NCBI GenBank assembly: GCA_050260455.1 | Contig: JBLNCF010000012.1 | Location: forward strand, 58,236 to 122,235 | Direction of reading: 5' to 3' | Source of the DNA: Bacillota bacterium | Lineage (GTDB): Bacteria > Patescibacteriota > Minisyncoccia > Phycocordibacterales > Phycocordibacteraceae | Length of the DNA stretch: 64,000 nucleotides | In this document: piece by piece, positions 18,655-27,385 of the stretch | How the letters are laid out: each line of letters begins with the position of its first letter | Numbering within the stretch: position 1 is the stretch's first letter | The notes under the pieces: model-generated | The model's input: only the letters and a program-made list of their open reading frames with translations | Told to the model about the DNA's origin: nothing | Databases searched by the model: none | Position numbers and translations under genes: made by a program

Positions 18655-19995
18655 TCACGAGACCTCGCCTAGATACGGAAGAGAGAAGAGCTTTTTCATG
18701 CCCCGGCCGGAGAAGCGTTGTGGAGCGTTTTTCCGGAGCGACGCCGATGTGCCGTACTCGACATGCTGTTCAGCGTCAGTTTTCTCCACGATCGCTTGCA
18801 TAGAAGAGGCGAGAAAGATCGTATGCCGTCCGAACCGTTCCGAGAGTTCATCCACCTTCTCGAAGATCCGAGCCTTACCTGCGATTTTTGCTGGATCCGT
18901 AAAAAGATCAGGCTGGCGCTCTGCGTGCTCCGCAAGATGTGAAAGGGTTACCCCGGTGGTGCGATATGTTTCGCCCGGCCGCACGAGATCTTTCATGTGG
19001 CGCTCGATGACCGGCAGAATATCAGAGGGAACATTCGTGGGTCGTTCGAGGGTAAGTTCGCACACGCGGTATCGGAATGTTTCTTGGGTTTTCAGGAAGA
19101 ATGAAATACGTCTCGCAGACAATTCAAACCGTCGCGCTTTGGCACAGGCACCCTCGACATTCTTCGATAGTTGCGCGAAGAGAAACACGGGATCTTGCGA
19201 AGCGGGACGGAAAGTACGTGTTTTCTGAATGGACTGGTAGGTCTCCTTGGGATCGGTAACCAACTCATGGACTAGAGTCCCGTTCAACTCCTTCCATATG
19301 TCATGGATAGGTGCGGTTACGCGTTCTTCCACCCACCCTGCGGGCTTCCTCGCGAAATCAAGCGCGCTACGGATACCGAGCGTATTCAAGTAGCGCGCGG
19401 TATTCGGCCCAATACCCCAAATCTTATCGACGGACGTACTTGCCAGGTATCGATCCTTCTCGGACAGCGGGATGGCGGTGAAGCCGTTTGGCTTTCTATA
19501 CTTCGAGCCGACCTTGGCGAGCACTTTCGTGGGTGCGAGACCGACACCGAAGGTGATGTTGAGTTCGCGGGTGAGATCCGCCTGGATGTCACGAGCGATG
19601 GCCTCGTAAGATTTATGGAATTTGCGACGCAGGCCGGTGAGCTCACCGAAGCATTCATCGATACCGTATTCCTCTACGATGGGCGTATAGCGGCGCATGA
19701 TTGCGTACATACGCTCCGAGTAGAGTCCGTAGGTCTCATAATCCGATTCGATAACCACGAGATCGGGACAGATGCGCTTTGCTTCCGCGAGCGACACACC
19801 ACGCTTCACGCCCAACGCTTTAGCTTCATACGTGGCGGCCGATACGATACCGCGTTCGGCACCGGTGGCTACCGGTTTTCCTTTTAGGGCAGGGTTCTTT
19901 GCTACCTCGCAGGCCGCGAAGAAAGAGTCACCATCCACGTGGATGATGGCGCGTGGGTAATAGTAATTCTTTTCCCATCCGACCTCTGTCGGCAT
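18655..19995 (-). CDS. dinB: Y-family DNA polymerase (DinB/UmuC-like)
   Basis: N-terminal IIHVDGDSFFAACE catalytic motif; 446 aa; 4 nt downstream of lexA on the same strand. Confidence 0.85.
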   Translation of the reverse strand: MPTEVGWEKNYYYPRAIIHVDGDSFFAACEVAKNPALKGKPVATGAERGIVSAATYEAKALGVKRGVSLAEAKRICPDLVVIESDYETYGLYSERMYAIMRRYTPIVEEYGIDECFGELTGLRRKFHKSYEAIARDIQADLTRELNITFGVGLAPTKVLAKVGSKYRKPNGFTAIPLSEKDRYLASTSVDKIWGIGPNTARYLNTLGIRSALDFARKPAGWVEERVTAPIHDIWKELNGTLVHELVTDPKETYQSIQKTRTFRPASQDPVFLFAQLSKNVEGACAKARRFELSARRISFFLKTQETFRYRVCELTLERPTNVPSDILPVIERHMKDLVRPGETYRTTGVTLSHLAEHAERQPDLFTDPAKIAGKARIFEKVDELSERFGRHTIFLASSMQAIVEKTDAEQHVEYGTSASLRKNAPQRFSGRGMKKLFSLPYLGEVS

Positions 19996-19999
19996 AGCA

Positions 20000-20566
20000 T
20001 TAGTACTTGCGAACGACGCCCGTCACTACCGCCTCGATATTGAGCGCACCTTTCGGATAGATGGGCTTGAACGCTGCGTTGGCGGGGTCGAGATAGAATC
20101 GATCGCCGCTCTTGCGAAGGTACTTCATCGTGTACTCGCCATCGACCGACGCGATGACTATCTGACCAGGCTTATACGATGCACGACGTTCGACGATAAC
20201 CAGATCGCCCGGGCAGATGCCGGCATCAATCATGCTCTCGCCCTTTACCTTGAGAATGTAGGAGTTCTCCTTGTTTGGAGTGAGGAACTCATCGAAATCC
20301 ATGACATCGAGGAGTTCTTCTTCAGCGGGGGAGGGGAAACCTGCCTCGACCAGACCGAGGAGAGGGACACCTACCAGGGTGCGACCGGGTGCGAGACGTC
20401 CTTGCTTGTCCTTCTTTACGACCCCGTCCTCGACCAGCTTATTGATGAGCTTATAGACGGAGTTCTTTGAAGAAAGACCTGTCGCTTCCATGATCTCCTT
20501 GTAGCCGGGCATGCGCTTATGCCGTTCATAAAAACCGACAATCTTCCGTTTGTAGCTGTCGTACAT
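20000..20566 (-). CDS. lexA: LexA repressor (S24 peptidase)
   Basis: Winged HTH (GYKEIMEATGLSSKNSVYKLINKL), Ala-Gly cleavage-site-like VEAG, Ser/Lys dyad region (GESM...MKY); start moved to MYDSYKR because the track's GTG start at 20596 lies inside the SOS box. Confidence 0.85.
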   Translation of the reverse strand: MYDSYKRKIVGFYERHKRMPGYKEIMEATGLSSKNSVYKLINKLVEDGVVKKDKQGRLAPGRTLVGVPLLGLVEAGFPSPAEEELLDVMDFDEFLTPNKENSYILKVKGESMIDAGICPGDLVIVERRASYKPGQIVIASVDGEYTMKYLRKSGDRFYLDPANAAFKPIYPKGALNIEAVVTGVVRKY

Positions 20567-20573
20567 GCTTACT

Positions 20574-20604
20574 ATGATAGGTGAACTAGGGTTCACCAGT
20601 CAAG
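20574..20604 (-). promoter_or_regulatory. putative lexA promoter TTGACT-N18/19-TATCAT with the SOS box in the spacer
   Basis: Minus strand reads TTGACTGGTGAACCCTAGTTCACCTATCATAGTAAGCATG; -10 ends about 7 nt before the ATG, implying a leaderless or near-leaderless transcript. Confidence 0.45.
20581..20596 (-). promoter_or_regulatory. SOS (Cheo-type LexA) box GTGAAC-TAGG-GTTCAC
   Basis: Perfect GAAC-N4-GTTC palindrome about 17 nt upstream of the lexA ATG. Confidence 0.7.
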
Positions 20605-20616
20605 TGGTGCGGTGGA

Positions 20617-21243
20617 TTATGTCTCGGTAGCGGGGGAGGAGCGTTGCTTCTTTTTGCGTGCACGCAGATATGCCGATAGAACATATCCGCCCACGCCGAT
20701 GGCGAGCGCGACACCGATACCGAGAGAGGTGAGCTTTGCATCCTGCTTCCATGCCGCACCGATGAAATAGCCTGCAGCTAGATAGGCAGCAGTGCACAGG
20801 GCATTTCCCAACAGATCGAAGAAGGCGAATTCGACGACGCGCATTTGTGAGAGACCGGCAATAGCATTTACGGGTGTGCTTGCGACACCGATAAGGCGGG
20901 AAAGAAAAACGGTTGCGCGCGGGTGGCGCTTGGCGTAGCCCTCGATGCGATTTGCGAATCGGTTACGCTCAACGAATCGGCGATACCCAGCCTTCTTGCC
21001 GAGCCGCCGTGATATCTCAAACACAATAATGTCGCTCATGGTGCTTGCAGCAGCGGCCGTGAAGAACGATATGAAAAAACTTAAATAGTGCGCACGCGCG
21101 AGTGCTCCTACGCCGATGAGAATGATGCCGATCGGTAGGAAGCTTGTGACTTCGCTTGCTGCGACCAAAAGAAAAAGCGCGCTGTATCCGTACGCGAGAA
21201 TGTACCCAATATCGGTCGAAGGCGTGGGGAGTGCCATCGACAC
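20617..21243 (-). CDS. DedA/TVP38-family membrane protein
   Basis: DedA-like TM arrangement with conserved G and R residues (RLIGVASTPVNAIAGLSQM). Confidence 0.7.
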   Translation of the reverse strand: MSMALPTPSTDIGYILAYGYSALFLLVAASEVTSFLPIGIILIGVGALARAHYLSFFISFFTAAAASTMSDIIVFEISRRLGKKAGYRRFVERNRFANRIEGYAKRHPRATVFLSRLIGVASTPVNAIAGLSQMRVVEFAFFDLLGNALCTAAYLAAGYFIGAAWKQDAKLTSLGIGVALAIGVGGYVLSAYLRARKKKQRSSPATET

Positions 21244-21277
21244 CAGTATACGTCAGCAGGATGAGTCCCGAGTGAGG

Positions 21278-24200
21278 CTATTCCTCCGAACTTCGTGCGA
21301 AACGGGCAAGCACCTCCTTCCCGGGCCAGCGGTAGTAGAGAACGGGAATGAGGACGAGTGTGAGAAGGAGTGAAAAGGCGAGACCGAACATGATGGCGAC
21401 GGCAAGCGGTCCCCAGAATGGCGACACCAGAGCGAGCGGCACCATACCGATCACGGTCACAACGGTGGTGAGGAGGATGGGGCGTAGGCGGGTGGATGCT
21501 GCCTCGATCACCACGTTCTCAAGGGACATGGTCTCGTCTTCACGATGGATACGAGCGATCGAGTCCATGAGAATGATGGCGTGGTTGATAATCACGCCCG
21601 CAAGCGCGATGACACCGAGCATGGAGGTGAGGGAGAGCGGCTGTCCGACGAGCGTAAGACCGGCAAATACACCCACCAACGAAAGCGGAATGATGGAGAG
21701 GAGGTAGAAGGATTGACGGAATGAATTGAACTCAAGCACCAGGATGGAAAGCATAAGCGCTGCACCTGCGATGAGTGCAATAAAGAGTTCAGTGAAGGAT
21801 TTGCCAATGTCTTCTGACGCACCGCCGAGCTTCATGGTCACCCCCGTGCCGAGCATCGCGGGAGTAAAACGTTTCTCAAAGGCACGGGTCGCTTCAAGTG
21901 CGTTGGTCTTCGGACCCACATCTGCGGTTACGGTCGCGATGCGATGTCCGGCTTCGTGATGAATGGCCGTCTGTGCCGCTGCGTAATGGACGTCAGCGAT
22001 AGTGGAAAGGGGTACGGGACCCTTGGCGCCTGGAATGGTGAGTGCACGCACCGCATCAATATTGGCATGGGTGGTCTCGGAAGGATCAGCGTACGTTGGA
22101 TTGAGATCAAGCTTCACCCGCACCTCGATATCATTCGTACCGGTGCGAATAGAGGTCGCCTTGGCACTATAGAGGGCGGTGCGAAGCGTATCAGCAACCA
22201 CTGCAGGTGAGACTCCCATCTCGGCTGCTTTTGCACTATCAAGTGCGACCACAAACTCTGCGCTGGCATCCTTGGTGCTGGAATCGATGTTCACGACACC
22301 GGGGATATCGGAGAGAGTGTGTGCGGCACGATCTGCAGTGGCCGAAAGCGCCCCCAGGTCATCACCCGAGAAGGTGATGGTGATAGGGGAGGAGGAAGGA
22401 GGACCACCTTGCGGCTCACCGACGGTGATGGAAGCGGATGTAATGCCGGAAAGCTCCTTACGCAGTTCGGTCACGAACTTCGCGCTCGGGATATGGTGTT
22501 TCGGAAGATTCACCGTGATATTCGCGACATTGCTTCCCGAAGAGGGACCGGTAAGACCGCCGCCGGCAAAGGAACTACCAGAACCAACCTCGGTCACGAA
22601 CGAAGCGACGTGCTTGTCTCCATACAACACTTCTTCAATCTGACGTACTGCAAGATCGGTTTCAGAGAGTTCTGTACCCTGCGGTTTCTCAATCTCTACG
22701 TATACGTAATCTGAATCAGCACCGGGGAAGAAAATGGATTTAAGAAGTCCGGTGGAGGGAAGTGCAAGAGCAATGAAGAAAAGCGCGATCATCGCTGCAA
22801 TGAAGCGGTTTTGACTTTTGGTGTCATGGAGAAGCTTACGCAAGAACTGCTGATACCACGCACGAGCTTTCACGTTGTACTCTTCCTGGCGCGCGGCGAG
22901 CGGGTTGTATGAATCTTTCACGAAGAAGACAGAAAGAATCGGTACGAATCCAAGTGCGACGAAGATGGACGCCAGGAGAACGAAGATAACAGTGAATGGA
23001 ATCGCGGCGAGGAATTTACCGACGATACCCGACAGGAAGAAGAGTGGGATGAACACCACGATGGTAGTGAAGGTACCGGCGATGAGTGGCCAGGCGTATT
23101 CGCGAATAGCAGCGATTGCTGCTTCATGGCGATCACCATATTTATGCAGACGGGTATGAAAGGCTTCGACCACCACGATACCCGAGTCGACCAAAATACC
23201 GATAGCAAGGATGAGCGAGAACAACGAAACATTATTGAGGGTGTTGCCTGAAGCCATGAGGCCGATGAACGCAACCAAGAAAGAAAGAGGAACCGAAGCG
23301 GCTGCTACCAGTGACTCGCGCCATCCGAGGGTGACCAAGAGTACGAGCATGACGAGGATAACCGTCTCGATACCGGCGCGTCCCAGTTCAGTGAGACTCT
23401 TATTCACCTCTTCCGCTCCGTTATAGGAGATAACGGTTTCAGTTCCGGCGAGCATGCCGGACTGCAGGTCCGTAAGTTTCTTCTCGATAGCATGCCCGGT
23501 CTCGACAATGTTGCCTCCGCGGCTTTTAAAGATAGTGAGCGTGAGGGAAGGTTCTGCCGGTTTGCCTCCTACCGACACGCGCGAGAACGAAGTGGGGTCC
23601 TCAAGGCCATCGACGACATCGGCCACGTCGCGCACGTGGAGAGTCGAACCACCGGGACCTGCAATAGCAACGTTCGCGACGGCCTCGGTTGAAGGTACGC
23701 CCGAATCAAAACGCACCGCGTAGCGGATACCGTCCACGGTGATGGAGCCAGCCGGGGAGGCGACGCCAGCAGCGCGAATTGCGTTCGTAATATCGGAAAG
23801 TGAGAGGCCATACTCGCGCAAGCGATCCTCTCTGGCGATGACCTGCACCTGGCGCGCACGCACGCCAGAGACAGTCACTTTGGAAACACCGGGCACACGC
23901 TTCAGCTCTTCGGAAAGGGAGTCACCGAGCGCCGTCAATTCAGCAGGCGCCAAATCGCCGGAAACCGATACCACCATGATGGGCGAGTCGGCAAAGTTCA
24001 CGTCGGATACTACCGGTGCCTGCGCTTCAGCGGGAAGTTCGGGACGTACCTTATCGACTGCATCCTTCAAGAGCTGGATCGACTTATCAATATCTGCAGA
24101 GGAATCAAACTCAACTGATACTACGGAAATACCCTCGCCAGATGTAGAAGTCACCTTCGAAACATGTTCGACGGGGAGCACACCGCTCTCGATTTTGTCG

Positions 24201-24394
24201 GTGATGAGGCGCTCGACATCCGAAGAACTGGCACCCGGCAGCGTGGTTGAGACCACGCCAAGCGGAATGGAGATATCTGGCGTTGCCTCCTTTGGTATGG
24301 CGGTAAGTGCGTAAAGACCGCCTGCCAGAAGCACCAGCATCAGAAACACCGTGAAGTGGTGCTTGCGTATGAAAAAGGTCCAGAACCTGGTCAT
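21278..24394 (-). CDS. RND-family efflux transporter (AcrB/HAE-like)
   Basis: 1038 aa, 12-TM architecture with two large extracytoplasmic loops. Confidence 0.9.
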   Translation of the reverse strand: MTRFWTFFIRKHHFTVFLMLVLLAGGLYALTAIPKEATPDISIPLGVVSTTLPGASSSDVERLITDKIESGVLPVEHVSKVTSTSGEGISVVSVEFDSSADIDKSIQLLKDAVDKVRPELPAEAQAPVVSDVNFADSPIMVVSVSGDLAPAELTALGDSLSEELKRVPGVSKVTVSGVRARQVQVIAREDRLREYGLSLSDITNAIRAAGVASPAGSITVDGIRYAVRFDSGVPSTEAVANVAIAGPGGSTLHVRDVADVVDGLEDPTSFSRVSVGGKPAEPSLTLTIFKSRGGNIVETGHAIEKKLTDLQSGMLAGTETVISYNGAEEVNKSLTELGRAGIETVILVMLVLLVTLGWRESLVAAASVPLSFLVAFIGLMASGNTLNNVSLFSLILAIGILVDSGIVVVEAFHTRLHKYGDRHEAAIAAIREYAWPLIAGTFTTIVVFIPLFFLSGIVGKFLAAIPFTVIFVLLASIFVALGFVPILSVFFVKDSYNPLAARQEEYNVKARAWYQQFLRKLLHDTKSQNRFIAAMIALFFIALALPSTGLLKSIFFPGADSDYVYVEIEKPQGTELSETDLAVRQIEEVLYGDKHVASFVTEVGSGSSFAGGGLTGPSSGSNVANITVNLPKHHIPSAKFVTELRKELSGITSASITVGEPQGGPPSSSPITITFSGDDLGALSATADRAAHTLSDIPGVVNIDSSTKDASAEFVVALDSAKAAEMGVSPAVVADTLRTALYSAKATSIRTGTNDIEVRVKLDLNPTYADPSETTHANIDAVRALTIPGAKGPVPLSTIADVHYAAAQTAIHHEAGHRIATVTADVGPKTNALEATRAFEKRFTPAMLGTGVTMKLGGASEDIGKSFTELFIALIAGAALMLSILVLEFNSFRQSFYLLSIIPLSLVGVFAGLTLVGQPLSLTSMLGVIALAGVIINHAIILMDSIARIHREDETMSLENVVIEAASTRLRPILLTTVVTVIGMVPLALVSPFWGPLAVAIMFGLAFSLLLTLVLIPVLYYRWPGKEVLARFARSSEE

Positions 24395-24396
24395 TG

Positions 24397-25938
24397 CTAT
24401 TTGGTCGCCTCGACGACGTTCACTTTCTGTCCTTCCGAGAGTCCGCGGGCGTCGGTGACGATACGTAGGTCACTAGGGAGGTCGGTAGTGATCTCGATGC
24501 GGTCACCATGCACATCGCCGATATCGACGGGGTGTGCAATCAAACGACCGTCTTCGCCCAGAGAGAACACCACGCGCGAGTTTGGCGTGAGTTTGAGTGC
24601 GGCAAGGGGAAGCATGAGAGGACCGCTTGCAGTCGAGGTCGCAACAGCTGCGCCCGGCAATGAAACGCGGACCGACTGACCGTTCACGAGCGTGGATGCA
24701 CCAGTAACGGCGATGTGGACTTCGATCTGCTTGGTGGTGGGATCGAGTGCGGGAGCAATGGAAGTGATGATGCCGGGGTACTGGTCTTCTATCATGACGT
24801 TCGTTCCCACAGAGAGATGAGAGCGGGTCTCCTCGGAAACATACGCAACGATTTCAAGCGCACCATTTTGTGCCACGGTTGCCACATGCGTATAGGCGGT
24901 TACGTAGTCGCCCACGTGAAGCGGAAGGAAGTTCACTTGGCCGGAGATCGGTGCACGGATGAGTGTTTTCTCGAGGTTTGCTTGTGCGGCACGCAAGGTG
25001 CCGAGTGCCGTTTTCACACTCGCGTCCGCACCCGCAGTCGCCGATGTTCCCTGGCTGCGGTACGTCTGCTTAGCAGCCGTGATGCTTGCCTGGACCGAAG
25101 CAATGTTTGTGCGTGCGGTAGCGAGCGCAGCGAGTTGGGTTGCGTTGGCGTCGGTGCCGTAACGGGTCGCGATGCTTGCGATATCAGTAACGAGCGCTGA
25201 TGCTTCACGGGTGATGCTGTCGGCTTCGGTAAGGAGTGTCTCACCATTTGCGGACGATGCGGTCGCAAGGTGCGAGCGCCACACATCCATATCCTTGCTT
25301 AGTGTCTGGCGCTTGGTGGAGAAATAGGTTGAACCGAATTCGCGTGGACTGATGAGGAACGTCGGACCGAACGCGCCCTGGCTACCATAAAAGGTGTCGA
25401 CGTAGGTCTTGAGCGTCGAGTCGAGTGAGTTATACGAAGAAGTATAGGTGTTAAGAGCGGATGCTCCGATGTCGCCGACAGAAATGCCCGAACGCGCAGC
25501 AACGGCTGCGTCGTAGGATCCTTCAGCTTGTAGTACGGCAGCACGTTGGCTTGCGTTATCAAGTTCCGCAAGCACGTAGCCAGCCGGAACGTTCTGGCCA
25601 AGTTTCGCGTGGATGGAACGGACGGTACCACCTGATTCGGCGAGAATGTTCGCTTCGGTAATGGAGCGAACCGATCCAATGACACCGACCGAAGAAGCGT
25701 TTCCTGAAAGTTCAGCGATGGGCGCGAGTGTTACGGAAGGGAGGGTCTGTACTGCTTCGGCGGAAGAACCCAACCGTATGAGAAATGATATGACGGCAAG
25801 GAGGAGAATGACGACCAGAACACCGATAAGTGTCTGCAGCCAGAGGGCGAGTGAGAGATATCGAGACCAAAGCCGCTTACCGAAGCGGCCGACAGGAGCA
25901 AAGCGTTCCAAAGGAAAAGCGAGTCGTGGTATACGCAT
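24397..25938 (-). CDS. efflux periplasmic adaptor / membrane fusion protein (HlyD family)
   Basis: N-terminal TM, coiled-coil and beta-barrel domains; 3 nt upstream of the RND gene. Confidence 0.8.
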   Translation of the reverse strand: MRIPRLAFPLERFAPVGRFGKRLWSRYLSLALWLQTLIGVLVVILLLAVISFLIRLGSSAEAVQTLPSVTLAPIAELSGNASSVGVIGSVRSITEANILAESGGTVRSIHAKLGQNVPAGYVLAELDNASQRAAVLQAEGSYDAAVAARSGISVGDIGASALNTYTSSYNSLDSTLKTYVDTFYGSQGAFGPTFLISPREFGSTYFSTKRQTLSKDMDVWRSHLATASSANGETLLTEADSITREASALVTDIASIATRYGTDANATQLAALATARTNIASVQASITAAKQTYRSQGTSATAGADASVKTALGTLRAAQANLEKTLIRAPISGQVNFLPLHVGDYVTAYTHVATVAQNGALEIVAYVSEETRSHLSVGTNVMIEDQYPGIITSIAPALDPTTKQIEVHIAVTGASTLVNGQSVRVSLPGAAVATSTASGPLMLPLAALKLTPNSRVVFSLGEDGRLIAHPVDIGDVHGDRIEITTDLPSDLRIVTDARGLSEGQKVNVVEATK

Positions 25939-26033
25939 GAAGGCTTCATCAGTATACGGAAAAGTAGGGATAAAGTCAAATTAGCTCATTTCTTTCCTGA
26001 ATCCTTCACGGAGGAGAAAGGATACTGGTTTAT

Positions 26034-26735
26034 ATGCATCCGCTCATAATCCAGCGCGTTGCCACGGTTGCCGCCATGCCGCTTGTCGCGGCTGGTGGCT
26101 GGGCAGGGTATTCCCATTATGGAACCCCTTATCCGGCGCCACAGCCGCAGCAGATCGTCTGTACTACGCTCTCGACGGACCTGTACTACGGTGGCCATGC
26201 AAACGACGTGATGTATCTTCAACGATTCCTTTCAGCACAAGGCTACCTCGTCGCCTCGCCTACGGGATACTACGGACCGGCGACCCGTCAGGCCGTCTCG
26301 CGTTTCCAAGCAGACCGGGGCATTCCGATTAGCGGCTACGTCGACTGGCAAACGCGCCAGAGCATCGAGCAGGTCACCTGTACGCACTACAGCCCGCAGA
26401 GTAACGGAAGCTATTCATACCAAGACCATTACACCTGTGACGGATATGGACCCTGCGATCATTCGTACGCTCCTTCCTATCCGGATGGCTGCACCAGTTA
26501 CTATGATCGCTCCTGTTATGTGAACGGACGGTATATAGGACCGTCATACGATACCGGTACGTATCGTGGTCACGACGATAGCTGCTATCTCTCAAACGGT
26601 AGATGGTATGGAGACTGTGCCAACCAGCAGTATGGATACGATTATTCGTACCCCAGCTATTACCCGTATGACAACGAATACGCGTGTTACTACGACCGCG
26701 CATGTCTCGCGCGTATGCAGGGCCGCGACTACTAG
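26034..26735 (+). CDS. peptidoglycan-binding (PG_binding_1) protein with Tyr/Cys/Asp-rich low-complexity C-terminal domain
   Basis: DVMYLQRFLSAQGYL...GYYGPATRQAVSRFQADRGIPISGYVDWQTRQSI; C-terminal 120 aa contain about 12 Cys and more than 25 Tyr. Confidence 0.6.
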   Translation: MHPLIIQRVATVAAMPLVAAGGWAGYSHYGTPYPAPQPQQIVCTTLSTDLYYGGHANDVMYLQRFLSAQGYLVASPTGYYGPATRQAVSRFQADRGIPISGYVDWQTRQSIEQVTCTHYSPQSNGSYSYQDHYTCDGYGPCDHSYAPSYPDGCTSYYDRSCYVNGRYIGPSYDTGTYRGHDDSCYLSNGRWYGDCANQQYGYDYSYPSYYPYDNEYACYYDRACLARMQGRDY

Positions 26736-26798
26736 CGTTAACCTCTACTTCATTCCAGCTATCGTGAAATGAGTGCATTACCTTCTAATGCACTCGAT

Positions 26799-27338
26799 AT
26801 GAAAAAATTCACGATAGGCGTATTTGAATCACGCGATGTCGCCGAGAAAGCGATTAATCGCGTCCACAACGAACTCTCCATTCCAAACGATGACATTTCG
26901 TACATCTACCGCAACGCAGAAGGGGATGTGCAAGAAGTCGATGCCGGGAAAGTAAGCACTAACACTCCTGCGGAAGGTGCGGGGAAGGGAGCCGTAGTCG
27001 GTGGAGCGGTGGGAGCGCTCGCAGGTATCGCTGCGGTTGCGGGAGTGATCCCAGTCGTAGGACCATTATTTGCGGCCGGACCGCTTGCTGCTGCGCTTGG
27101 GCTTACCGGCGCGATCGGCACTACTGCTGCCGGTGCGCTCACGGGAGCCGCTGCAGGAGGACTTATCGGTGCGCTCGGTAATATGGGTGTTGGCGAAGAA
27201 CACGCACAACGTTATGCAGACCTGGTGCATGCAGGAGACATTCTCGTTGCAGTCTATGCCCCTGAAGAGACGGATGTCGCAACGCTCTTCCGAGATGCGG
27301 GAGCTATGGAGACGGAGTCCTACGTACTCAAGGTCTAG
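26799..27338 (+). CDS. YflT-like general stress protein with glycine-zipper membrane segment
   Basis: MKKFTIGVFESRDVAEKAINRVHNELSIPNDDISYIY resembles the YflT/GSP17M domain; Gly/Ala zipper. Confidence 0.5.
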   Translation: MKKFTIGVFESRDVAEKAINRVHNELSIPNDDISYIYRNAEGDVQEVDAGKVSTNTPAEGAGKGAVVGGAVGALAGIAAVAGVIPVVGPLFAAGPLAAALGLTGAIGTTAAGALTGAAAGGLIGALGNMGVGEEHAQRYADLVHAGDILVAVYAPEETDVATLFRDAGAMETESYVLKV

Positions 27339-27385
27339 TCCCCATGTTAGTTAGGCATCCTCGCATCTACGCGTAGAATGGAAGT

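Noticed and set aside
20594-20596. Track's GTG start for lexA at 20596
   Set aside because: Lies inside the GAAC-N4-GTTC operator and promoter spacer; the downstream ATG (MYDSYKR) gives a canonical LexA N-terminus.
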